Assembly: GCF_018977255.1 (NCBI RefSeq)
Contig: NW_024704742.1
Coordinates: forward strand, 58,468,001 to 58,532,000
DNA from: Callorhinchus milii
Taxonomy: Eukaryota
Reading direction: 5' to 3'
Length of the DNA: 64,000 nucleotides
Shown: positions 50,391 through 60,997 of the stretch, one piece after another
How positions within the stretch are numbered: the stretch's first letter is position 1
How the letters are laid out: each line of letters opens with the position of its first letter
The notes under the pieces: generated by a model
Database searches by the model: none
Told to the model about the DNA's origin: nothing
Seen by the model: only the letters and a program-made list of their open reading frames with translations
Position numbers and translations under genes: made by a program

Positions 50391-52774
50391 TGACTGAAGA
50401 ATATAAATGGTCAAATAAGTATTTATGCGGAGGGTAATTAACGACTGGTACAGATTTCCAGGAAGGGTTTAAATCAGTCCAGTGTTCTGTTGAGATCAGG
50501 ACACTTGACTGATTTAAAATGTAGCTTGATGCTATGGTGGGGTAGTTGTCCTGGAGGGATGAAATGGACTGAAGGGTCTTCTTCACCTGAACCAATCTTG
50601 TGATCTTGGATAAGTGGAGAAGTCAGCTTTTGGTGAAAATGATCTCATAAGGAACAGGTTTTATACAGGAAAGTGTCAGATTTCATATTACCCTAATTCT
50701 TAGGATAATGTCATGGATACCACAGAGGACTAAATGCTCCAACAACTGTAATAGGGATAGCAGGGAAATAACACAGGAATAATGTGAGTAATGTCATGGA
50801 AGGATTGATTTCACCAACTTGCTTCAGTTTGCCTTATTATGATTGTCGTTCCTCGCTGAAAATGGTAGTTAGCATCGGGAATAACAATTCAGACAAACTT
50901 AACTCATATCAATTAGAATTTGGAATTAGGGAAACAGTGTGTCTCTGTATTGGTACAGAGTGCCGTCCTTTTAATTGTCGAATCTGATTTCAGAAACAAC
51001 CCAGACAGAGGAGAGCTCATCACTTTTGATTTGATGCCTGATACAAAATCCAAGTGAAACAAATTTAACCAGTTTGAACCTGATTCCCAGTGGAAATGAA
51101 TTCCAGGACAGAAGTGTCCCAAAATTGCCAAAACTTTTGTCTTAGAAAAGTTACAAGGACAGGCACTGTACTGTGTGTGGGAAGGTGCGAAGAAGGGTCA
51201 CATGTTTACAGTAAATAGTCTGCTGAGCTTGATGATGCAGCACAGTGCTAAGTCGAGCACTGACTGCATTTTGACTGACGATATGCTTGACCTGCAACTT
51301 CTGGCTGTTATGAAAGAGGTTCCTTTTCGCATAGTCTACCCTTCATTTGCTAATTCCAACAAGTGAAAACTCTTCTTGTGGAATGACTTAATCCATTCTG
51401 CATCCTATACACAACTTCAAACTTTCCTGCATAAAGAATATGAACAAGAATAAATTACTTAAAAAATTAAAAAGAAATTTTGTATGCAATAAAGCCTTGT
51501 TGGACCTCAATTTAGACAAAATAGGTTTGAGAGCTAGGGTAACATCTTCCCACCCCCTTTTCTCTCCACCCCTCTTGGCTCCAGGCCCCAGCTCAGGTGC
51601 AAACCCTTTACTGTCCACCACCTTGGAATGTCCTCCCGATGTGAAAGGTGCTGTATAAATTCAATTTGTTGTTGTAACAGAATGTAGCTTGCATCCTCAG
51701 GGCGTCATGATCTTATCTGATGGCATTTGAAGAGATGGCAATTTCCTGAATAGATTAAGGAAGGGGAGAGTGGTGGAGGACTCAGCCAATGTCCCATGAA
51801 GCATTTGTGGAGGAAAAAGGCCATGACTGAGCCAAGAAACAAGAAGACAAAAAACTGAAAGGAAAGGAGAGAATAAGGTAAAAATAAACCGAAAGGAACT
51901 AAATACAGCGGGCCCATTTCAGGTATCCAAGAAAATCTATGTCTGTACTTTAAGTTTTGTTTTAAAAAAATCTAAGGAAGATACAATAGTTATCTGGAAG
52001 AAAATAAGGAAACTTTAAAACATACAAAGGGCAAATCCAGTAGATAGCCACATCTAAAAGACTCAGTTTCTGAGCTCTGCCCATTATGCCCAGTCTCACC
52101 AAGTTCTATTTGCTTCCAGTATTTCAGAATCCTTGTTAAGATCTTCTTATTAAGGTCACCTTACAACTCTTCCCACACTATCTATGCTTGCTCCCCATTC
52201 ATTTTTCTTTGTCTAGTTTAGTGTTGGCCACTTAAGGCAAATATGAGAGACGCGTGACTAATGGAAGCACACACACAATACCTGTGTTTGTCTTCTGCAC
52301 CCAAAATTCACAGATGGAATCTATTCCTCTTGTAGGTTATGCAAATTGGGGCTTATTCATGTGAAATTATTGTAGCTAATAAATAGATGAACAACATATA
52401 GGAAGAGCATTTACTGCTACATTTTATTACAAAATAAGAATTTAAAATGTACACCCTTTTTAAAGGAATAAGCAAAGGCCAGGAAACAAGAGACAAAGCT
52501 CAGAGCACCTAACCTTTAACAAATTAGATTCAAGGTTGCAGATGGACTGAAGTGGACAGACAAGGGTTTCAACAGAAACAATAGCTTTGCACGTTGAACT
52601 ATTTAAGACAAACAGAAGCGTAATACCAGAAGAACCACAATTAACATAAAAAGACTGAACAGAAATAAAATGAGCATTGGAAATAAAACAAACAAACAAA
52701 AAAGAACTAATGCTCGAAGACAGAGAGCAGAGAGGGATTGTTCATAACAATCTCCCTGGGGCTTTTGTCTTTAC

Positions 52775-52795
52775 CTTTATATCCTATCTTGTCTG
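52775..52795 (-). CDS. TENM3: Teneurin-3 microexon, EGF splice site A second cassette (A)DKIGYK; 21 nt, or 18 nt (52775..52792) via NAGNAG
   Basis: tttttcctccttgtccataatag|CAG|ACAAGATAGGATATAAAG|gtaaag; phase 1-1; DKIGYK recalled from vertebrate TENM3 isoforms. Confidence 0.85.
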
Positions 52796-53593
52796 CTATT
52801 ATGGACAAGGAGGAAAAATTTGGAAACACAATTAAAAAGTGATGGCATATCCAGAATCTGTATTTATATAAATGGAATAAAAAAAGGATGCTTGCATTTG
52901 CAAAAATGTGAGTGAATTAAATAAAATCCCTACAGCTCTTTTTAATGCAGAAACTCTACTATCGAAGCTTTCACCTTAAATAGGACAAGTTTGGCAATGC
53001 AACTCCACAAACTCTTTTTTAAAGTGAATATATATTTCAGAAATGCTGTTAAAGCACACAAAATACTATTAATGAGAGATGAGGTGCCATGATCGTTAAA
53101 AACGTGTATCAAATTTGCTTTAAGCCACTTAACAGTTTCACACAGCGCTTCAAAATAATGTTTGACATTGTTACAATTGATTTCTTCTTTACTGATAAAA
53201 TTACTCTTTAAAAATGGTGTATTCTGTGACCCATTTTTTCCAGCAGTAACTACAGTAATAGTGATTACCAGGAACTAACTGTTCTCAATTACATTTCAGC
53301 GATTTTCAAATATTACAGTATGTGGGTTAGCAAAGGTACCACAATGTGTAAGAGTGCAAATATATCCAAAGCAATTCTATTTCTGCGAACTGACTTGTAG
53401 GATATACCGTCTGATAAAAGTATTGCTGATATAATTCAGTATTAAGGGCTTGTTAATGCACCCATTATCGATCCCAGAAACATGGACGAACGAAAGTGAG
53501 ATGACGATAGAGGGTTAGGTATCTGTTAACTTATTTACTCTATGTGCAAAGACTGCACAACAAACAAGAAGAAAGGAAAAAGGCATACAGTAC

Positions 53594-53620
53594 CTTTAAC
53601 TATTTTATCCAGAAAGTGTG
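53594..53620 (-). CDS. TENM3: Teneurin-3 27-nt microexon, EGF splice site A first cassette AHFLDKIVK
   Basis: tgttttatttctcaag|CACACTTTCTGGATAAAATAGTTAAAG|gtactg; phase 1-1; homologous to mammalian AHYLDKIVK. Confidence 0.92.
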
Positions 53621-55574
53621 CTTGAGAAATAAAACACAGACATTTCAGAACAATATTACACAGAGCAAGGAAATCACTGCATTTCTGCCTTTCACATGCA
53701 AATGATCCGTGCTGTTGCATTCAACAGGAGAAATCAACATTGGTGTAACCATGATAGGAACAGGTTGCAATTGTATTTAAGACAGTGTAACTTTTTTCAT
53801 ACAGTTCTACATTTGAATCTGCATAGAAGCAGCCTGTTCTCAATGCGCAAGATAGAGACTGACACACATTGCTGACAAAGGTCTTAATCGGTGAAGTAAT
53901 TCACAGGAAATCCTATGAATGGAGAGCAGCCCTGCTCCTTTCTGTCTTACTCATTTTGATTTAGAAATCAGAAGTGCAGTCTATTATTTTCAGAATAATT
54001 CCTTTTCAGAATACAGAGACAGCTTGCTTGGATCTATTCACGATAGGACACCATGGACTTAGAGCCAGTCTGTGATACAATAACCTTTAATACCATACAC
54101 CAAGCTAATCCTCTCAAATCTCAGATCTCAAAATAGCACATTGGAGTTTTTGGCAGGTTCGGTGGTAGAGACAAAGCCCATTTCTGGTTTCAAGAGGGAA
54201 GGAGACAACTATATGAAAGATAGAGCCTCGAATGGGTATGGGGTTAGGACTGAGTAGTAGAATTAAAAGAACAATTTGCTCTGAGAGCCCATGCAGACTC
54301 AATGGCCAAATGAAGAAGAACTTGAGGTTTTATACTACTAGATTGTATCAAAATATTTCAAAGTGTCTCACAGGATTTACTTCACAGAAATTAGTATAGT
54401 AACTTTTATTATGGGAAAGAATGACAACCATTTTGCCCACAGAATATCCCACGGACAGCCATGAGCCATGAGATCCATTTGTCTGGAGAACAAGACACTG
54501 AGAAAATTCTTTTTTTTAATAGTGTGTGGGATCTTTAGCATCCACCAGAAGAACACATAAATGGGTTAGGCCTTGGTTGAACTTTTCATCTGAAAAATGG
54601 CATCTCCAACAATGCAGGCGTAAGAGATAGGGAGGATGATGTTAATTCTGTGTATCAGCAAACAACAGACTAGTGATATTTAGGTGCCAATGTTTTGATG
54701 GCTAGGACACTGGGAGAAGCTCACTTCTCTTTTGGATCTTTATTATTGGTTAATTTTACCATTTTCATTTGTTAAGGATTATATTATATCATGCTCAGTA
54801 TCTGAAAGTCCAGCCTCCAATTCATTATATTCCTGACGAGCCAATAAAGCCTCTTCATTAACAATTAACCTCACTTTTACACCAATTCGTTGCAATGAAT
54901 AATAACCACCATCATTACTGCTCCATTAGAGAAATAAATAGACAGAACTCATCATCAGATCCAGATTATTCACTGTCAAGATATTAATAGGTCTGATGGA
55001 ATGGTAATAATGTACAACTGGGTACCCATTAAATCTGTTCAAGTTAAATCACTGAGCCCCTAAATCTGACTCAATTGCTCGACCACTGTTTTTTCATTTG
55101 TTAATTGTTATTGATTGCACATTCTCACCACTTCACAGAAACAGATGAATTTGTCATATGCAGTTTTTATTTGCATGAATCGGATGATTTAGTTATCGAA
55201 AATCTGCAGCGAACCTTTCCAAATTCCTCGTTGAGTTTATCTGTTTAATGTATACTGTAAATATTGTGATCACTTTATTGTCTTTCATCATCAGCCTGGA
55301 TTCCTATATCAAACATCTCAAGTAAAAATAATTTCATCTACATTCTTTTATCACTCCCAAGTGCCAATTTTGGCTCCCTGCTTGACGTTTACATCCTTGT
55401 ACCTCTCACGTAGCAGCAGTATTGGTGATTTAAAGCTGGTACATTGAAATTGCTGAATGGATACTTTAATATGATGGGAAAATGGTCAAAGCCCAGAAAG
55501 TGAAGGTAGCGGGGGGTGGGGGGAGCTGCTTTGAATTGTAGTACAAAGCTGAACCGCCAGGGGGGTCAGGGTAT

Positions 55575-56020
55575 CAATTGATGACATACTCACCTTTGAA
55601 TAGGAAGATTGTGGGTTCAAGCCCCAAGTAGTGACTTGGAACAATTGAGTCAGATTTAGGGGTTCAGTGATTCAACTTGAACGGATTTACTGAGTTCCAC
55701 ACTTGTCCATTACCATTAGACCTATTAATTCACATAGTTTAGGCTGATACTCCAAGGAAATGCTGAGGGTATGCTGTATTTTTGGAGATGTTGTCTTACA
55801 GATGAGACTTTAAATCAAGGTGCTATCTGTCTGGTCAAATAAACATTAATGATCCCATGGCACTATTGGAAAAGCGAAGGGAGTTTGTGGGCCAACAATC
55901 CCCCAATTAAAATTGGTCATTCACTTCATGACTGTTTGTGGGACATTGCTGTGTGCAAATTGGCTGCCGTGTTCACAAAATACATATTAACTACATTTCA
56001 AAGTATATTCTTTGAAGCCT
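55575..56020 (+). mobile_element. DeuSINE-like copy with an inverted local insertion at 55639-55729
   Basis: gtgggttcaagcccc B box; gatgagactttaaatcaagg...gatcccatggcactatt Deu-like core. Confidence 0.82.
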
Positions 56021-57447
56021 TTTATAGTAACATATTATATTGAAATATCTCAAAGCACTCTGCATGTCATAACTGTAGAGTGCAGTGACTGTATTTGCAG
56101 GCAAGCATACCAGCCTTTTGTATCAGCAAGTTCCACAGACAACCATTGTATTAATTAAAAAGAATTGTAGAAAATCAGCTTCCAAATGAAGATTGAATTT
56201 CATTTTCCAATATTCTGCACAACCTTAGTTTTAAGGGAATGGTCTTAAGGTCTAAGAATATGAGTAATATCAACCTCAGATGCAGAGGGAAGGCAGTTCA
56301 GCTATTTTTGTTCATTTGTGGCAACTTTTGCACCACTTGAACATTCTACAAAATTTATCTTCAATCATATAAAAGAAAAATAAGATCACAAGTCAACAAA
56401 AAATCCAAGTGGGATTTAGCCTCTCATTCCTGAATAGCTTCATTTTCACTACTGAAGTGAAGTGCCATATTTACACAATCTATTTCAGTGTGGCCTTGAA
56501 TAAAAATAATAATTATAATCCTTGCATTCAGTATAGCGCCTTTCCATGTCAGAAGGATGTCTCAAGGCGCTTCACAGGATTCACTGTGAACTGGAGTGAC
56601 TCTGTATTTGTAGGTAAATTCGTCAGCACAGTAGTGCACAGCAATGTCCCACAAACAGCCATGAAACAAATGACCAATTTTATTTGGGGAATTATCAGCC
56701 AGGACATGTGGAGAAAATAACTCTATTGTAGTAGTGACGTACTGGATTGGAAATACCTCCTTTCACCTGCAGGGCCTGGATGTGATTGCTATTCAGACTG
56801 ATAGGATGAAAGTCTCTCCTGTCCGATGGCACTACAGGTCCCAGATGAAATGATGTTGGACAGGCTCATTCCAGTGCTTTGTAGCTGCAGGCTCATAGCA
56901 CAAACCTGTCTATAATTTGGTACTAAATTGTCATGGTTCATTCCAATAGTGCCACGATGATGGTTCATTGCAGGAAACAAAAAGCCATTCTTTTGACATG
57001 AGGGTTTCAGATGGGTTATAATGGGAGTTTACCAAGTATTTAATCTGCGCTACATCTGAACATAACTGATAACAAATTGATAAATATATGAATGAATAAT
57101 AATTTGACACAGTGCCGTTGACTCTATTTTGTATGTGATGCTGAAACTTGGGTGTTAAAAGTGAAAAAAAACCTTGGATCCCTACCTTAATAAAGCATAA
57201 AATTTTGCCATGCCTCTATTCACAAAAAAGGTAAATAGGATTTAGTTCATTGAGATGCAGGGGAAGCCTTTCTTTTATGAATAGGATATCACTTCTTAAG
57301 AACTCTTTTGGAAAATGGTTTTTTAATTTTCTTTTAACAAATCTTACCTTGAGTAAATGGTTGAATATTTTTTAATGCATAGCTATTAATCGTTAAATGT
57401 TACAATTATTGGCCAGAATGCTGTTAAATGTGATGCCTTATACAAAT

Positions 57448-57845
57448 AATAATTATAATAATTCTTGCATTTCATGTAGTGTCTTTGCCATTGGGAGGAT
57501 GTCTCAAAGCATTTCACAGGATTTACTGTAAAGTGCTGTGACTACATTTTGTAGGCGAACGGGGCAGTCAATTTGCACACATCAATGTCCCATCAACAGT
57601 GCTGAAGTGAATGACCAAACTATCTGGAGGATTGTTGTTCAGGGCATTGTGAGAAACCCTCTTCTCTTTTCAAATAATGCCATGGGATCTTTAGCATCCA
57701 TTTGAACAGGCAGCCAAGAATGTTGTTTAACATGTCATCTGAAGGATGGTATCTCTGATAAAGGAGTGCTCCCTTAGCATTGCATTGGAGTGTTAAGTTA
57801 CGGGGCCTGAACACACAACCTGAGAGTGCTATCAACTGAGCCAAT
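57448..57845 (-). mobile_element. DeuSINE-like copy, near full length
   Basis: Tail...gccatgggatctttagcatcc...gtttaacatgtcatctgaagg...gagagtgctatcaactgagcca head. Confidence 0.82.
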
Positions 57846-58154
57846 TTGTATAAACCAGTATGTCTTGCTCATTTTGATTTAAAAATCAACAGTGCATTCT
57901 CTATTATTTTCAGAATAATTCCTTTTCAGAACTCAAACAGCTCACATGGAGGTGAGAGTGCTACCAACTGAGCCAGACCGATACTTATTAATACGTTTTT
58001 CTTTCAGTTTCAAAAAGGTAATGCTGGTCTCTGCTAACTGTACTAAAGTTCATGAGTGGGAAATTACGTCAAAAATTCAGTGGCACAGCTTTGCTGGATT
58101 TAGTGCTATATTTAAGAATGGAATCAACGACATTTCATGACGTGTACAGCACAT

Positions 58155-58420
58155 CAACAACTTGTACTTATATAGAGCCCTCCATATTATATACATATAT
58201 ATATATTGCGTCTCAGAGCACTTAACAGTGGCAGAACCCGACTCCGTAAGCACAGTTGAAAAGGAAGCTTTTCAGGCGGGGCTTGAAAAAGGGGAACGGG
58301 GGCAAGGCAGAGGGATTGAGGGAAAGCGTTTCAGAGTTTCGGGCATAGTGAATGAATACACGATCTCCATTGGTGGAGTGGAGGGCGCGAGGGACAAGCA
58401 GGAGCCTGATGCCAGTCAAG
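58155..58420 (-). mobile_element. Degenerate L2 3' fragment
   Basis: Minus ORF GDRVFIHYARNSETLSL...FFKPRLKSFLFNCAY. Confidence 0.75.
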
Positions 58421-58661
58421 AAGAGTGGTTTAGGAGGTCCCAGTTGATTTATAAAACAAGCTGTTTTGAATGGTCAATAATATAGCTTGAGGCTATACAT
58501 CAACAAATATATACTGTATACTGCAAACACTGCATTAAACTTGTGCATGTTAGGTGCACTATTAATATGCTAGCATTGAATGAATGAGAAAAGCAAAAGG
58601 TTTAGCTACATGCTTTGTATACAGACTACAGAGCTGCACTGTAAAACAACAAGCACTTTCA

Positions 58662-58874
58662 AGGGAGAGAAATTCTACCTGGGTCTAGATTTACTTTATT
58701 TGACCAATTGTTGAATTCAGTTCTTTACTTTGAAGTCAATTTTCTATAGTTCTTAAAAGAACTTACAGAAAATGGCTTAAAAATTCAAACTACTTTAACC
58801 GCTTACCACATTCTGGACATTATAAATGTTATAAAAATAGAGCAAATCTAGAGCTGGGTGGAATTTCTACTCCC
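58662..58874. mobile_element. Palindromic MITE-like element, copy 2
   Basis: gggagagaaattctacctgggtctagattt / aaatctagagctgggtggaatttctactccc terminal inverted repeats; core ctttgaagtc..ttttct.tagt.cttaaaagaa shared with copy 1. Confidence 0.7.
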
Positions 58875-59444
58875 AAAATGTTTTAACTTTGTTCCAGTCT
58901 TTCTAAAGAAACTGTAACATTTGCCATGTGCTGGATCACTCTGTGTGGGCTGAAACTAGTTACAGAGATTTTGGATCCCCACCATTTCATTAGCGCCTGA
59001 AAGTCATCAACTAGGGATTTCTCATAAATATCACTGTGCGCTTCTACTGTTCCTTTTGACAGTTTTCAAAAGACATGTCAACTTCTACTGCCTGACACTT
59101 CTTTGCAAGCAGCAGTACTCACTGTAATTCAGGTTAAGAAAACATGCTCCCCATTATAGCCTTGTTGTATTGCTATTATTTCAGAATTGTTTCAACTACA
59201 CCAAAGTACATTCTGAAGCCACCATTGGATCAGCACAGACAGCAGAAGAGCTCTTCCTGAGATTGAACACAAACTATGGCAATTGGCATAGTTGTTTTAA
59301 TACCCCAGATTATAGGGAAATCAAAAGTTTGAACACACCATGCATACTATATATATATATACAGGGGAATTAATTAACACAACATTTATCTACACTTACA
59401 GGTTTGGTATTTAACTATCATTTTTATATGCACATATTACTGTA

Positions 59445-59485
59445 TGTATATGTATATTATATATATATTATATTATATATTATAA
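59445..59485. repeat. TA-rich microsatellite
   Basis: tatgtatatgtatattatatatatattatattatatattata. Confidence 0.8.
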
Positions 59486-60094
59486 TTCTAGTCAGGATCA
59501 CGCTCATTCTGCAGAGTAACAATTAAAGAACTACAGTTTGTATTTTGCTTTGTGTGAAAAGGCTCCAGGCAAACACTACAAACAGATGGATATTTCCACC
59601 CGTGTTTGATGTTAAAGACTTTCCTATTTTTTAAAGCAGCATTGACAGGCCAGAACAGAAATGTATAGACTTCATGCAAATTGCCCAATTTACATGAAAA
59701 ATTAGTCAAAAATAGTTTGGCACTTAGACAAAGAATATTACACTGTGCTGGAGAAAAGATCAATTGTGCAATGCTCAATTAGGCTAAAATATTGATATGT
59801 AGCAGTTGTTGTTGACAACCACACCCACCCCTCCTTCTTAACAACCAACCTCTTGCATTTGAATTCAGCAAAAGAAGAAAAGAAAACATTGGGCACATTG
59901 TTATCTACAGCTGCAGCCATGTCTGTTTACTATATGATTTCACAACTATGTTTATACTAAAAAAAGGGGATTATCTGTCAGGACAGAGAAATACAAGGCG
60001 AGTTATTTTGTTTCTCCTTTTGGAGAAGAATTTTGCAAACAGGTAAGGATTTTAGGACAATTTATGTAGGTTCTGCTGGGACTGCTGACCAGGT

Positions 60095-60510
60095 GTCCCA
60101 TAGCTCAATTGGTAGCATTCCCACCTGAGGGTCAGAAAGTTCTAGCTTCAAGCATTACATATAAATTGTATTGCATTGTATTGGGACTTCAGCTCATAAT
60201 TAAGGTTGACACTCAACTACGGTACTGGGGAACCACTGCATTGTTGGAGGTACCGGCTAGGCTAAGATGTTAAATTGTCTGTTCTCAAGTGGCCATTAGG
60301 ATACCGTGATATTATTTTTCAGAACAACCTTCCAGATAAAATGAATCATTCACTTCATTGCTGTTTGTGGGATCTTGCTGAAAATAAATAATAATAATCC
60401 TTCCATTGATATAGCACCTTATTACTCCACTGAGATGTCTCAAAATACTTCACAAGATATACCATGAAGTGGTGTGACTGTATTTTTTTATGTGGGCAAA
60501 ATGGGAGTTA
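60095..60510. mobile_element. Plus-strand DeuSINE-like copy (to about 60380) abutting a minus-strand SINE tail fragment
   Basis: tagctcaattggtagcattcccacctgagggtcagaaag head; then aataataatccttccattgatatagcacc in the opposite orientation. Confidence 0.7.
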
Positions 60511-60680
60511 CTTACCAATAATCACTGTAAAGCATTTTGATTTATTCCAACATTGGATGATGCAGTTTTAAGGTGCATGGCATCACCTTCGTGGTAAGGC
60601 ACTTTAAAAATGCTATTTGCAATGTGTCCTGGAGAATTTCAAGATCATGGAGGCAAATACCTCACTCTCTGTTTTATATA

Positions 60681-60997
60681 GGAGTCCTGCAGCTCAGTGG
60701 TTAGAGCACTCACTTTGCAAGTGAGAGACCTGAGTTCAATTCCAGGCAGGCGAAACCTTGGGCAAGTTTCCTTACTCCAAATGCCTAATAATAATCCCTC
60801 CAAAACCAAAACCAATAATAAATTGGTCATTTTCAAGCTAAGACTGTTTGTGGGACATTGCTGTGCGCAATTGGCTGCCGCATTCGCCCACAAATATACA
60901 GTCAATTCACTTTACAGTGTGTTCTGTGAAGTGCTTTGGGACGTCCTCCCGACGTGAAAAGCGCTATATCAAATGCAAGGATTATTATTATTATTAT
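60681..60997 (+). mobile_element. Young full-length tRNA-derived SINE, copy 3
   Basis: GGAGTCCTGCAGCTCAGTGG...gcgctatatcaaatgcaagg(att)n. Confidence 0.93.

Noticed and set aside
60681..60752. tRNA-Ala-like gene (also at 40742 and 47311)
   Set aside because: Poor acceptor stem, anticodon varies between copies, and it continues into a SINE body and tail; these are SINE heads, not tRNA genes
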